Shown here one piece after another: positions 1 through 14,192 of a stretch of 64,000 nucleotides of DNA. Both the position numbers and the translations under genes were made by a program. The number at the start of each line of letters is the position of its first letter. Position 1 is the first letter of the stretch. The notes under the pieces are model-generated. The model was not told the DNA's origin, ran no database searches, and worked only from the letters and a program-made list of their open reading frames with translations. The DNA is from Vicugna vicugna. Taxonomy: Eukaryota. The DNA lies in contig MU058337.1 in assembly GCA_013265495.1 (NCBI GenBank), forward strand, positions 2,262,686 to 2,326,685, in the 5' to 3' direction.

Positions 1-269
1 AAGAAACTTATCGTACCAAGAAATCTTTGTGCTTCAAGGTCAGAACAAATGAGTATAGATGACTGTATTGGGGTGCATACTTCTTTATTAAAAGGGATTT
101 GCATTAAGTGTTCTATTTGGTAATTGCTAGCATCATGCAAGGTGATGAGTGTGTGGGATGGTTGGGGAGGATGAAGGTGCATAAAGGAGAAATCAGGATT
201 ATGGTAGGTTGTCTTCGCCAAGATCACTACTATAATGTCTTCTGTACCACATACTTTCTTAGAACCTTG

Positions 270-650
270 ATGTTATTTGCCCATCAAGAGGTGGAGCCTA
301 AGTCCCACCATCTTCAGTAAGGGCAGATTTGTGACTCACTTGCAACAGAGTTGTCTCTGAGTTTAGATCATGAAAAGTGACGCAGCTCCTGCCTTGGCCA
401 CTGGAATACTTGCTCTTGAAGCCGCTAGCCACTGTGTCAGCCCACTGACTACCTTGAGGTTATCATGTTCTAAGGAGCCCAAACTGGCGTGGATAGAGAG
501 ACCAAGACTGCATCAAGAGACATAGCAGCTTTGACCTGCTCCACCAAGCCGAGATCCTCCCCAGTTTTGGATCCACAAAAGCCCTGAGATACAGTGAAAT
601 CACTGTTACTATTTTCAGACATTAAGTTTTGGGAGCAATAGGTAACCTGA
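270..650 (+). mobile_element. Old MaLR LTR (MLT1 family) remnant
   Basis: MLT1-like motifs cccatcaagaggtggagcc, gtgactcacttg, gccttggccactggaatacttgctcttgaagcc and 3' end ttaagttttggg...agcaataggtaac. Confidence 0.65.
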
Positions 651-1794
651 GAAGAGCTGTTGCTGCTGGCACGGACAGCGATGAACTGACAGTGGGGCTG
701 TGTCACAGCTGCAGTGATTATGTAAAAGTGCTGTTACTGCTCGCAGCCTATCGCTTTCTATGATACCTAGCTGAACGGACACGCATTAGCTTTCATTCAA
801 GGCTAGACACATATTGGGCAGCTGTTAAATATCTGTTCCTTTCCATCCTTAGCTTGTGTTAAAGCACCATTTCATTCTCTTCTTGATCAACTTTGTACAT
901 AAACAGAGAGTTGAAAACTATCACAGGATACCTCTGAAGGCATAAAAATCCTTAGATGCCAAAATCAAGTAACTGTTAAGGATGCTGCTATTTCCTCCAC
1001 ATGACATCAACTGAATATCTGAAAATTTTAAGACTTTAACAAAGAACTTCTTACTAGAATATCTTACATCCTAGGGAAAGGAAATTATAATCTGCTGGCT
1101 TTGAAAGCATGATTTCTTTAGACGTCATTTTTATATTGATTGACTTACAATAAAAAAAGAGAAAATGTAATCTCACATATTTGATGTTTATATAATTTTA
1201 ACACCCATAATCAAAGATACTGAGTATATTACAAAATGTCAATATATTATAAAACTTTATATTCGGAAGGAGTTTAGCTTTTATATACCCCTAATTCATT
1301 GCTTTATATGTTAATGAGGAAATAGAAGTCCAAGGTAATGACTGAATAGAATCCTCACGTCTAGTCTGTGGTAAAACCCCATATTTCCATGGCACACGTC
1401 TCTTTCCACATCATGATTATCTGTGTAGTTTGACTTTCTGTTTAGGTATCTACACACTTCCTCTGACTTGTTCACTAACGTGTTTTTGAACTCTTTCTAC
1501 TAACCTGCTCTTGATCTGTCTGTTGCACAATTTGTGACCAAAATGTGAGTCCTAAATTCATGAGCTGCACAGCCAACTAATCTAATTTAATTAGCCTGAG
1601 TTTAGCCTCTTAAGGCCAAGGTAAAGTTACTTTGTATTTCCCTCCTGGTTCTTCAGAGGCAAGAAATAGAATCTAAGATAGAGAAGAAGCCAGTCTTGAA
1701 TCAGTTAGAATTCTGCTGGATGTAGAAAATCTTTACAATCAAAACCCACCCGCTGTTGCAGAAGGAAGCTTATGCAGTAGAATATAGCAATTAT

Positions 1795-2030
1795 CTTTTT
1801 TTAATTGAGGGAAAATTGAAAAATAACATTATATTAGTTTCAGGTGTACAACATAATGATTGGATTTTTGTATATATTGCAAAATGATCACCACAGTAAA
1901 TCTAGTTAACGTCCATGACCATACATAGTTACAATTTTTTTTCTGATGAAAATTTTTAAGATCTACTCTCTTGGCAATTTTCAAATTTGCAATAGAGTAT
2001 TCATAGCTATCACCACCAAGCTGTACTATA
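1795..2030 (-). mobile_element. L1 (L1MA-like) 3' UTR fragment
   Basis: T run followed by the antisense L1 3' end signature caggtgtacaacataatgatt...aaatgatcaccacagtaaatctagttaac...aagatctactctctt..caattttcaa. Confidence 0.85.
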
Positions 2031-5000
2031 TCAATTTTCTTGTCACAAAAGGTGTCAAGGAAAATAATATATGGAGGAAGCATGTGGCATCTAACTCACA
2101 GCAAAGATTTTCAAAAGGAATATTAGGAAATCCAAATTTTAAAAATGTATTAAGGAATTCTAATAAATGTTATAAATATGAATTATTTTGTCAGTACTCA
2201 AATAGGTGTGCTAATACTGTGTTTAAATCCAGTAAGTTGCTTGTTTTTGCCTACCATTCTCACTGTGTGTCAGGCACTGTTGAGCTGGAGATGGAGGTGC
2301 AGAGAACACAAGTCTTGCGCTGAAAGAAAAATTCCCCGTTTAGCATTTGGAAGGTTCAGAAGCATCTCACCCTCAGGCTACCCTCTCCTCCACCAGCGCT
2401 GGCCCTCATCCTGCCTTAGATTTGGTGCGCTATTTGTCATTCTTTCTTCATATACTTATCACAACTACTGTAGGTACTAAGGACTATTTAAAATTTAATA
2501 TAAGAAAAACAGTGTTAGAGACGCCAACTTTCCCCCAAGGTCTACTTGTTTGGTATTAGCTTTGGCTATTTACTGACCCTCTTTGCGACACTGAGTACTA
2601 TAAAAGTTACAAGATACTATTTGTGACAAAGATTTTATAAACTATTAAGGGCTACCTGGATATTTGTTATTTTTATGCAGTTGTTCTTTCCTTGGAGCCT
2701 GTGAATTCATTTAATTATTACAAGTAGGATTTTTAACTGTTTTTATTGAATTAATGTAACATGAAAAATTATGCTTCAAAGAAACAAAACAAAACAATTT
2801 AGTTTTTCTATTTCTCACAAAAGCCACGTGATAGGCATTGATCTTTATGCAAAAATTTTAGGATGTTAATCTTAATGCACAAATTTAATGATACATTTTA
2901 GGTTTTAAATTTTGCTTTTCTCTTCAATATGGTGGGAGTGATCTCTTTAAGTAAAAAAGAACAGTGAGATGTTTTCATCAAACATTACAGAAAATTTAAA
3001 CACTTCTAGAATTCACAGTGACAAAATGACCATTGGGTAGAGATTTTGGTGAATACCCAGTAATTTTTATCAGTGATGAATGCAAGCCCATATGACATTG
3101 TTTCTCCAAAAAAACCCTTTTTTGATGAATATAAAGCTTTCTTCTGTTTTCTTTTTTTTTTTTTGCAACCCAATCATGCTAAAATGGAAAACACTGCACC
3201 ACAGTCTCGTGTATCCACAAAGTTGTTCCTGTGGATTCCTCTTCTAGTGTGACTAGGTGCTCTGGCCTTGTTGGTCTCCATTTCTGTCCCACTGAGGTTA
3301 GCCAGAGTTCACTTGCCTTGTCAGTTAAGTTTCTAAACCAAATGAATTATATTTTCTATAATTGAGCTAACCACAGTTAATTGCCTAATAGACTGTGCCC
3401 ACACTAACTGAAAAAAGAATCAATTGCTTGGAAAAGAATGCATTATATATTTCAGTCACATTTACGCAATCATGGTGGAACAAAGTGACAAATAAAGGCC
3501 TTTCAGTGTGACCAGAGCCAATGGTGACACCAGAGCCAGTGCTTAAATTAGGTGTGTGCTAAAGTCTTTTTTACCTTTCTGGGGCGTTTTCCAAGGCTAT
3601 AAATTGAACTTGTTGAAGCTGAATAAATTATGTATTGTTATTTTTTCCTTTCATTACACAAGAAAATAATTTTAGGTGACCTTTGGCAAAGGTTTAGGTA
3701 CAATTTAAGAAAATATCATTTGTAAAAGAAGGCTAGATTTTTTTAAATTGCAGGCTTTTACTATTAATGGTTAAGTCTTGCATTTAAAAATTTATTTCCT
3801 AGTTAAGGTACTATGGGTCTAAGATCTCTCTAAACTTTCTCTGAAGACCTGGAAATACACATAAAAATAATTTGGTACTTACTACAGCCTTTTGTTTTAC
3901 TAGATTCCCCCCCCCCGCCCCCATACGTGAAGTGGTACCAGTACTGTATTTTACCAAGCTATGATAATGATTCCAGTGAGTTCCAAATTTCATTACCTGA
4001 GTATGTGGTCAATTAAAGGAAAAGACCAACAGAATTGAATATACCATCTCTCCAAGTTACACTCTAACAAATTTGCTATAATAAATGGAAAGTTAAAAAG
4101 TGAAACAAAACTTACATCATCTGTTTAAGTGTAATTGATAATCAGGTCAATCTCAAAAGATCCTGAGTGGGCTGTACTCTGAAATGAATATGAGCTTTCT
4201 AACACCCTGAAACCATTTTAACTGTTAAATCGTTCAGTCAAATATTTTTAGTCTCAAATAAAAGAAGAATTCAAAACCCATTGCTTTAGAAAATGCCAGA
4301 GAAACTCAAATATACTTGTTATTCAAAATAATTTCCGAGATATTTGATAAACCTGTAAAGCACAATAAGCATGTTCATGAATAGAATCCTATTCATAATT
4401 CGAATGCAGAAGAGTCTGCTTATAAGGCAGAATAATACTAAGAAAAAACTATGAAGAAAATACAGCTTGTCTGTCACCTCCACGGTCTCTCCTCTTCCCC
4501 GCTCTCCTGCCCCTGCAGCCCCGTCCTGCTGCTTGCCCATCACTTCTAGGTCAGCTCAGACTGATGTTGGCTACTTCACTATTTCTTATGTGTATTAAAA
4601 GTTCAACAACAACAACAAAAAAACAACCTTGATATTATTGGTTAAAAGGAGCAAAAGGAGGTCTAAAATAGTCTACAGATTCTAATTACTCACATTCCTC
4701 ACTGCTTCTTTAGGATCAATAGTTAAGGGGTTTCGGAACTAGGAAATTTGAGTGCTTCTAATATAACTTTTTGTCTGTGGTAACCACGCCTGCAGGTGCA
4801 GTTTGTGTGGGCCGAATGAACTGCAGAGTATCTGAAAGGAATAGAGAATGACTAGGTCTTTTAACAAGAGTAGCTAGAAAGAAGGATGTATTTTCCTCCT
4901 TCCTATTGAAATTTCTCTCCATCCTTCCTTCACCTTCCCTAACCCTCTGTGCTGCTGCCGCTCGCCAGAGCACGTCCAGCACACGAACAGGTGCACAAGA

Positions 5001-5089
5001 TCATCCTGACGTGGATGCCGCTTCCACTGCTTACTTTCACGTCCCCCAAATCTCCAGTGATTCTGAGCTGCTAGAGTTCTCTGAGCCAA

Positions 5090-5445
5090 GAATGCTCCCC
5101 CGCCCCACAACTAAATGCTTTCTCTTTTTTATTCTGCCCAGAAAAGGCTTCTCTTGCCTAATTCCCTTGTGAATTCTGATTCAATATTTAATAACCAATT
5201 CGAGTATTTCTTCTTTTTTTGAAATCCCCAGCACATCCCCAACACTCTCTGAAGAATGAATTACTCTCTTATGGTTTCCCCATTGATTTTTATACAGTAT
5301 TTTTATTAGTGGTTCTCATGTCTGATTCTCGCTTTTGGCTGTGATGAACCCGAAAGCAAGGAGTAAATTCTGTTTTCTTTGTATTGGGTGAACTTACCAC
5401 ATAGTAATTGCCCATAAAGTTTAATGAATAATCAGTACAAATGAA
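5090..5445 (+). mobile_element. L2 3' end fragment
   Basis: Degenerate L2 tail: aatgctccc...gaaagcaagga...tttgtatt...cacatagta...ataaagtttaatgaataa. Confidence 0.5.
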
Positions 5446-7184
5446 TCAAAATGCTTAAACTGTTAACAGTTTCTTTTAAAGAGTTGGAATTAAGTCATTG
5501 GACATCGATGGGTAAGTTTTCTAGAAAGCTGAGTCCTTTCTGATGCTTGAACTCACAGTAAGGAAGTGGCCTCCTTTTCTACTTGTGTTTGGTATGATAA
5601 ATAAAGGCTAACTGGGAAGATTTCCCAGAGGAAAGATGGTAACCAGTGTTTTGGAGAAGGTGGAAAACATTAAGTAGAACCAGTAGAAGTGGCATTCAGG
5701 GACAAGGAATGTGATGTACGATAAAGTGGAAGTAAGTGTTTGTGAAACGTTTGAGATAAAGAGTGACGAGGCTTTGATAGAAGGTACGACTGGTTGGGGG
5801 AGGCCACTTGTTGGAAGTATGTAAAACTCACAATCAGAGCTCTTCTAGTGTGAGGCCATGCTGGTGATTACTAATTGAGGCTGCATTTGCTCAAGGTGAT
5901 TGCATAATTACAGGCAAATTCAGATTCCTGATTCAGTTTAGTCATCCTGCTCTGGCTGACAACATGGAATCCTTTCTCTAGAAGACGGATGCACCGCAGA
6001 ACATTTTACAGATTCTGGATTCTGCCAGCATTGCTTTGCACTGGACTCAGGCTTAAGTGTCAGCCTGAATACTCAGAACACCGTCCATTTTTGGAAAGGG
6101 ATTAATGAAGGCATTTATTTCAAAAAATATTTTTTCTACCCTCTCATCTGTGTTAGTTTTCCAGACCCTGCTGACAGCTTGTCGGTGGGAAGGTGTTGAT
6201 TCCGCTTTATCTGTGGCTTATCTGTCTGCTTAAGAAGAATCAAGTGCATAGAAGAAGAAAGGACATTTAAGGCTGATTAATGTAAAAATACTTAGATGAT
6301 CAGTATAATGCAAGATAATTCCAACATTTCAAATTCAATATATCGGTTCTTTTGAACATGATGTTATTCATTTTTGCTAAAGGACTCTTTTCTGAGTTTC
6401 TACTGTGGAACATGCAACTCAGTGGAAAGATACGTGTTTATCTGACTAAGCTGGGTCTAATCCCAAATGAAATGTGTGCAGATCTGCTCTCACATCGGTA
6501 TTAATTTATTAGACAGTTAGAATATGGCAAATGAAGTGAAGGCTGTAACTTGCCTCACAGAAGTGTTCTAATTGTTTCTATTCACACCTCTTCCCTCCAT
6601 ACACAAAATTCTGAAAGTCTATAGGGATATCTTAGAACATATTTATGCAGATCACTTTTTTATTTATGGAAGGGGATTGCTTGTTCCCCCAGGTGGTTGT
6701 AAAACTGCAATTTCACTTTGACATGCTACAAATTGGTTTAGAGAAAACAAATTATTCTAGAGTCTTTGGAAACTGAAATGATGCTGTTGGAGCATAGGAG
6801 CAAGGGAAATAAATCTAGAAGATGGCAAAATTTTATCTTTCCAACACGAGACAGGTTTGTCCTGGATCATGTCTCTGAATTTAGGTCACTGATTTTTATC
6901 CAGAGATGATTTTTGACTTGTAAAAAGAAATGGAAACCAAGAACTAACCATAAAACTTGAAATGGTTTACAATCTTTTGAAATGTATATTTACACAGACC
7001 ATGAAATAAAAATACTTTGTTCAAGAAAAAGTTGTCTTTTTAATGCTGCTTTGAATGGCCTACCCAAAATAAAAAAATTTAGGAGTGAATAAATAGTTTT
7101 TGCGATTTAGTCTTCTTAGCCTGTCCTATAAACAGGGAAAATGGGAGCATGGGAGCATACCCTGAGGTTAGGAACTTACTTTAT

Positions 7185-7407
7185 TATTTTAAGTAAAATT
7201 TTATTGAAAGTTTGTATGTATATACAGAAATGTACACAAATCATAAACCATAAGCTCTATGGATTTTAAGTGAATCCATGTAACCAGCATGCCAATAAAA
7301 TAAGACAACAATAGAATATTGCCATGTCCCAGTAGGTCCTCTCACGGCCCATCTGAAAGATAGTTAGTGTTCTGCCTTCTACCTCCTTATAGTTTTGCCT
7401 GTTCTCT
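7185..7407 (-). mobile_element. Old L1 (L1ME/MC-like) 3' fragment
   Basis: ttttattgaa...atacagaaatgtacacaaatcataa...ccatgtaaccagca...atagaatatt...ttagtgttctg..ttttgcctgttct pattern. Confidence 0.7.
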
Positions 7408-8214
7408 GGAAGACAACCCTTGCAAGCAAATGGTGTCAATTCTATTTTAGAAGATTTTGCATGTGAGTTTGCATTCTCCCACTTACCAGTCATTAGCCAA
7501 GATATAGCAACATGGAATCAGAGAACAATCAAATGCTTCACATCAGTTCTAACATAACAACAGTCTTTGCAATTATTCAGAGTCCCCTGAAAGTTAATAA
7601 GGTCACCGAGGTGGTGTTTTGATGGCAGTCCAATCACTGATGCCACAATTCTTTCCTACCCTCTTCTGGCCCAACGTTATATCTAAGGGTAAAATCTTCA
7701 GTCACACCGTGGTCCCCTGATACATAACATGGAAAATGGAGATAGAGATGAACAACAGCTTCAAAGATCAGAAAAGAAGGAAACAATAGTTAAGAATTAC
7801 ATGTAGTTAGAGAACATTCCATAACATATTGAAAGAGATTAATTCAGTCAGTTCAGACATGACGTTTATTTTTAACAATTAGTATTGTGTTCTCTATAAT
7901 CATGCCCCAGAGTTTAAAGTGCTTAATGAACTCTTACTGGAAAGTGACTTTCAGGAGAGTATAATGACTTTTAATCACTTCACCCAAGCTATTAGTAAGA
8001 AAGGTTGTCAGGAAATGTTTTTACTTTTGGTATAAAATTAATTGAATTCCCAATTGAATGAAACAAGAAGTTTGTCAATATATAACTCCCGGTGTTTTAA
8101 TCCCTCTTTTTATGCCATTTCTCCATCTTCTTCACAGTGTATTAGTGATGAATTTGAACAATTTCTGACTTTCACCTGTTTACAGAGTAAGCCAAGAAGG
8201 AAAATAACTTCTAA

Positions 8215-8420
8215 CTGAGCAGCTGCTAAGTTCTTGTGGGAGGTACTATACTCATATTATCTCAACTAATCCACTCAAAAAGTCAGTTAAGCAACTATTA
8301 TGCCCATTTTACAGTTGAGGAAATTGGAGTTTGGGGAAAGTACTCATTTTTTCCCATGTCGTACTAGCATAAGTGTCAGAGAAAGTGTTGAAACACAGAG
8401 TTATTTAATTCTGAATCTCT
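8215..8420 (-). mobile_element. MIR SINE
   Basis: MIR core in antisense: attatgcccattttacagttgaggaaattggag. Confidence 0.75.
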
Positions 8421-8611
8421 ATGGGAAGATGCTTTTACAAAGTATTCAAGGCCAAGTGTTAACATTACCTGTATTCTGTTGGTTGATGAACTTCTATCTC
8501 TTCCAAAATAAAACATGTTTAGTGTTGTCAGAGTTTAACTAATAAATACCCCAGAGGTCCGTGTCATGGGGTCTTTGATCATCGTCTCAGGAGGATCAGC
8601 ACTGTGTAGGT

Positions 8612-8791
8612 CAGTGGTTCTCAAAGGGGCGCCTGGACTAGCAGCATCAGCAGCATTTGTGCGCTTGTTAGAAACACAGATTTGTGAGCCCCACTGTGAA
8701 CCTCCACATTTCTGAGCATTGGACCCAAAAAGCCATCTTTCAACAAGCTCTTGAGATGATTCTCATGCATATTAAACTGTGAGAACAAATG
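8612..8791. mobile_element. MER5A-like hAT-Charlie non-autonomous DNA transposon
   Basis: Terminal inverted repeats cagtggttctca ... tgagaacaaatg, ~180 bp, internal gcagcatcagc...cttgttagaaa...aacaagctc...gatgattct. Confidence 0.85.
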
Positions 8792-8816
8792 ACATATTTT
8801 TAAAAGCATGAACCAT

Positions 8817-9025
8817 ATAGAGTTAGACTGTGTACATTTATATCCTGGTTCTGCAGAATACTAGTTATGGGACATTGATCAATTTAGGTACTCTTTCTGT
8901 GTCTCAGTTTCTTCATTTATGAAAAATAAATAATAATAGTACCTATATCATGGGGTTGATTTGAGGTTTATATAATCCACATAGAACAGTGCCGGGCTCA
9001 TAGCAAGCACTATATAAGTGGTTAG
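8817..9025 (+). mobile_element. MIR SINE
   Basis: ctgtgtctcagtttcttcatttatgaaaa...ataatagtacct...agaacagtgccgggctcatagcaagcact. Confidence 0.85.
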
Positions 9026-9979
9026 AAATAAATGTAATTTTTTTTATAATGCAAGCTAATGTAATTGGCATCAAAAGCAGTCACTAAATAGCTCAATATT
9101 TTTGAATAATTTATTCTAATAATGAAGTCTAATAAATATTGAGTTATTGAATAGGAATAAACATTCTTTTTATAATTTGTTTCACCATTTAAAAATATAT
9201 AAAACAGAAAAGGAAAGGTGATGAAGAGCTCATATAAATATGTTACAGTAAATTACACTGTTTTATGAAGATGATTTCATATGGAATTCAAAGTAGATGC
9301 AATTAGTGCTACAAATTAGAAATTGCAAATGATGATTTAACAAACAAATCAAAGATGAGAAAAAATTTCAAATGAATTGAAATCGCTCTCTGTTGGTTTA
9401 ATCTTGTGATAAGCAATTCTCCAGAGGAAGCATAAGTTGTTATTCTTCGTCCCAAAAAGTAGGACAGCTTAGAAGTTGAGAACGATTATTGTAGAAGCTA
9501 GAATTGTCAATGAAGACAATTAATAGAATCCATAACATGCATTTAAATGTATGAGAATAACATCTAATATAATTTGCTTTTTATATGCAATGCCAGTTTT
9601 AATGGCGGCATCCACAGGGTTGCACCTGTGAGTGAGTAGTCATAATATTTGTGATGGCAGTTGACACGGTGGCCGACGCAAAGGATCTGCGCAAAGAGCA
9701 GCAGGTGGCGTCTAAATGCCAAAGCCATAGCCACCCACTTTTGGGGACTAGATTTAAGTAGCTTTAAATAGATTTAAGTAGAGTGAGGGTATCAGCTGAA
9801 ATAAACTTTTCCCTTTTCTAGTGCATATGCACCGATTAAACACACACCTTAAACAGCAAGGGCATAGGTCAAGACAAGATATGTGGAGAAATGATGGAGA
9901 AAATTCAAGACACAAATTCGTATTTCTCTTTCTCAATTCCAAAGGAAATATCAGAATACAATGGCAATCCAGTTTTTAA

Positions 9980-10205
9980 CAGCATTCTACAGGATCGAAG
10001 GTGCTTTCCCATGGACTGTCTTAAATGAACCCCACAAGAGCAGAAAGGAGCTGTGTGCTGCTGTTTCCCCATTTTACTGCTAAGAAAATGAAATGAAGAA
10101 TTTAAATGACACAGTTAGGGTCACACAGCTATTTAATGGCAGAGATGGAGGTGGGACACCTCCTTAGGTTTTGTTCCAAAATCCTTTTTCTTACTCTGCC
10201 ACACC
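9980..10205 (-). mobile_element. MIR SINE
   Basis: ccccattttactgctaagaaaatga...agggtcacacagctatttaatggcagag. Confidence 0.75.
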
Positions 10206-10684
10206 CTCTTTTAGTCATTTAATTCACTTTCCATTAGCATTTATTATCCTAATAAGAAACCTTAGAGTGTCCACAATCAAGATATCAAGAAATATCAGTT
10301 TTGCAGTTGTATCTGTAAACCACCAAAGGTTTAAACCCACTCCATTGAGAGAAGTGATTTTATCCTTGTATATGTATTTCTTCTGGTTAAAAAACTACGT
10401 ATTTCTAGGTAGGTCCACTTTTTGAAAGGAGGTAATTCTCTCCTAGTGGGCATACTGGGGTTAATGTCCCCTCTCATGAGCAGAGAGCGCCCGTGTGGGA
10501 CTCAGCTTGGTGTCTATCTTTTTGTTTGGCCCTGAAGTCCATGATTTTATTTCCTGTGTGCCTGCGGTCCTGATACAGCCACTCCAGCATCCTGCGGGGG
10601 ATGGATGCTGCCTCTGACCTCCTGGTGCAGCCTGGTTTTATGTAGTAGCATCCCTGCGGAGGGACTGGTGTGGATGACGGGGAG

Positions 10685-11057
10685 TGCCTTGGATCAGATG
10701 TCTGTGTCGCCTCAACATGTGTATGCTGAAGCCCTAATTCCCAATATGGTGGTGGTAGGATGAGGGGCCTTTGGGAGATGACTGGGTTTAGAGGAGGCCG
10801 TGAGGGTAGAGCCTTCATCAGCGGTTTTGGTGTTCTCATGAGAAGACACATGAGAGACACGGTCCCTCTCTTTCTGTCAGAGCAGATACAGCATGAGGCG
10901 TCCATCTGAAACCGAGGAAGACAGTTCTCACCAGAAGCCAGTGAGCTCACGCCTTGGTCTTGGACTTCTCGGCCTCCAGAACCGTGAAAAATAATTTTCT
11001 GTGTTTAAACCCCGACCCATGGCATTTTTGTTACAGTAGCTCAGAGTGACTAAGGCA
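10685..11057 (+). mobile_element. MLT1A-like MaLR solo LTR, complete
   Basis: TG...CA ends, 373 bp, motifs gggcctttgggagatga, ttggacttc..gcctccagaaccgtga, tgttacagtagc..gactaaggca; perfect 5-bp TSD GGGAG (10680-10684 and 11058-11062). Confidence 0.92.
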
Positions 11058-12109
11058 GGGAGGTCAAACATGATAGCACCTGGGGCATTCTTCTGTTGGT
11101 GACTTCATACCTACTGAGCTTTCTGTCCTATCATTAGAAAAGTTAGTGAGTGTGGCTGAATGGGTGGAAAGAAAGGGGCTATTGCAGGAATGAGAGAAGG
11201 GGAGTAAACTCAAGCTGCAAGAAAAACTAGATCTTTTAAATTTAAAAAAGGGTAATATCCATTTTTGTGAATGCATTTTTGCTCCACTCTACTCAAGCTG
11301 AATTACTGAGCTTCAAAGAACAGCATCCTACTTTAAGACAAACCCTGCAGGCAGATTGGAGGGGAGATGTTCTAAGTGAATGCCATGGGGATTTCAGGGA
11401 CAGACGCTTCCAGCATCACCACTTCTTACCCCGTTGATATCAAAACTGACGTGTCAATAATTATCTGTCCTCTATCATTTCAAGTCAGGGTATTCAGACA
11501 TTGTGTTCTAGGAATTTTTTCAAGTGGAATATTGTGCTTTCTGATGTCTGCACAATTGTTCTTCATTGAGTTTAGCTTCATGTGGTCTCAGTATTCATAG
11601 TAACAGCTTTTGAGTTAATACGCCTTTTGCCAAAGAGCAAATTAACCTAGTTTGATCACAAAGTCTGGATGTTTCTAATTCTGATGCTGAAGGAAATCAG
11701 TGCTTCTCTCTTATTAGTAACCAATTAATTTTGTTGATTGTGAGGAATAGTCTAGAAGAAATTGAAAGAAACTTTAATCAGATTTTGCTTTGTCCACAAC
11801 TTATTTGGCATCTTAATAGCTGTCTATTCAATTGAACATGCCTCCCGGAGTCTTGTAATGTTCACACTGCAATGTGAAAGAACAGAGGATGAGTTCAAAA
11901 TACTCAGTGTCCAGTTTGTACAGATGAAGATATTATAATTGCAGTAACCTAAATCTCTCTTTTTTTGAGCAATTGTAGCACTGTTTGATACAGTCGTATA
12001 GAAAGATTTTGTGTAGATACCTGTAATATCAATACTGTAGAATTTAAATAATAATAAGTTTAGTGTTTGATAGCTGTTAACAGCAAGTATTGATTTTGCT
12101 TGGTAATGG

Positions 12110-12290
12110 CAAATTTACATGCATTATCTCATCATCACTGTCCTTTGAGGTCTGCATTTTATTGGACGTGGTTTACAAATGAGGAAACTAAATCTCAAAG
12201 AAGTCTAGTGACTTTTTCCAGAATTACACAGCAAAGAAATGGCAGGGTTTGAAGTTAAACCCAGATCTGCCACCCACTGTCCTGACCACA
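12110..12290 (-). mobile_element. MIR SINE
   Basis: tttacaaatgaggaaactaa...cacagcaaagaaatggcagggtttgaagttaaacccagatctg. Confidence 0.75.
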
Positions 12291-14192
12291 CCTGGGACCT
12301 TGTTAACACCTGGCAATTCTCTATCTCTAACTACAGAGGATTGATATCTACGGCCATTAAATCAGAGCATTGCTCTCTCTGACTACAGTGGCCGAAGAAG
12401 AAAGGGGTGGAGCTGGTGGGGGGTGCTCCTTGTTTTCTAAACACATTAAAAGGCTTCTTATTTCCCAGACAAGCCATCTTGTCTCTGCGTCCTCTGCCTG
12501 GAACTCCCTTCTTCACTTTGTTCACCTGCCAGACTTTCTCCCCTTCAGTGCCCAGTCCAGCATTCTCCTCTGTGCAGTCTTCACTTTTTCTCTTGGGCAG
12601 AGGTAGGGAGCTCTCTCTGGCCTTTAATCATTTCAAATGCACATTTAAAATTTGGAGCATGTCTGCATTGGAGAGAAATGCCCAGATTTCAGAGGACTAA
12701 GCATTAAAGATACGGCATACGAAAGGCATGCACCCTGGAGCCAGGGCATAGTGTTCAATAAACTGATAGATTTGGGGTCGGGGAGGGGCTTTGTGATTGA
12801 TAGAGATCTAATATCTCTGGTGCTTTGAAATGCAGCTCTTTGGAACTAAAACGAACTTGTTAAATGCAAATTTGAATTCAAGATGGCAGACTGACCATAC
12901 GTACTTGTTGGCTTATCTTCCCCAATCTTTGTTGTCCTTTAAAGGAATTCATAGAAAACAGCAAGCATATGGGAGGTGGGAGGGAAGTAGCAAGCCACAT
13001 CTGAAGTGTGTGTGACAGGCTGAAGCTGAGAAAGTGAGTTGTGGTCTTCTAAATGGGGTCCTAGAGAGATTTGGGGTTCATAGCCACAGGCAGGCAACCA
13101 GAGAATGAGAATTGGGTTCAAAAATGGTGAATAACTGAAGGTGAACAGTTGAAGAATTGTGCTAGTCAGTTGACCTCTGTAGGTCCATCTCCAAAGAGGA
13201 GAGTCACTTGGACTTGACAGTCAGTCAGATACTGGAGAGTTGTGTGTGGTCATAATGAAGCGTACAGTCTGAAGAGAGTCCGGGCTGCTGATGCGTGGAG
13301 TGGGGCCGCCCAGTAAAATTCTCCCTACTTTTGATCCATTGGCAGAGAAAGGGGGCAGGCTATCAGCCTGCTCTACATGTGACCTGACTTCGGTTGGTGG
13401 TGTTATTTATAATTACCTGGGTCCTTTTTAGTAATATTGTTAGCCTTCTGTGTGTAGTGGTGGGCGAGAGTTAGAGATCCCCTTCCTTACAGTCTCAGAC
13501 AGGCTTCTGCTGTACACGCACATGAGGACCACCACGCAGGGACGAAATCAATTGCACTAAACTTAATGAAGCCATGACTCTGCTTTTTATATTCTCTAGT
13601 TTCACATAGTGTAAAATGTTTACTCAAGCCAGAAGACAAAAGGTTCTGAGGACAAACTTCAGCCTAACTCAGGGTCAGATAATTGTCCTGATATCATTGA
13701 GTCGGCAGCTGGATACAAAGCCATTTCAGAATCACACCTTGGGTACCAACTGTCCAGGCTCTTAAATCTGCTGGAGACTCATGACCTCTTCCTAAAGTGG
13801 GAGGATGTATATGCAGTATCACCAGGCAATCCACATGTCTTGAGCATTAGTATTTAACCAACTGAAATGCGTCCTATTTGATCAGCTCTATTATTTAACC
13901 AAACCTCATCAGAGGTAAAACTAGATGGCATGGTTTTGTCACTTGTGGTTCCAGGCTTCTGATATGAAGAATTCCTACTCGTTAAACATCCCTGGGTATG
14001 AGTTCTGATTTGATCAATGGTCCCCAGAGTACCTGTCAAAATTAATATTTGGTTGAAACTTATGAAATGTACTTTTTTTGGTCAAAGAATGCCAAGTAGT
14101 GTCATGTCAAATGGTAGATTTATATATCACATTGCTTGTAATGAAGTTTTTGAAAAAATTTAATACAACATAAAAGGCACACAGTCAGCCCC

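Noticed and set aside
10474..10950. 158-aa minus-strand ORF
   Set aside because: Largely antisense MLT1A LTR sequence, with no recognisable protein.
12878..13400. Possible ancient L1 5' region starting caagatggcagactga
   Set aside because: Too degenerate to assign or delimit without an alignment.
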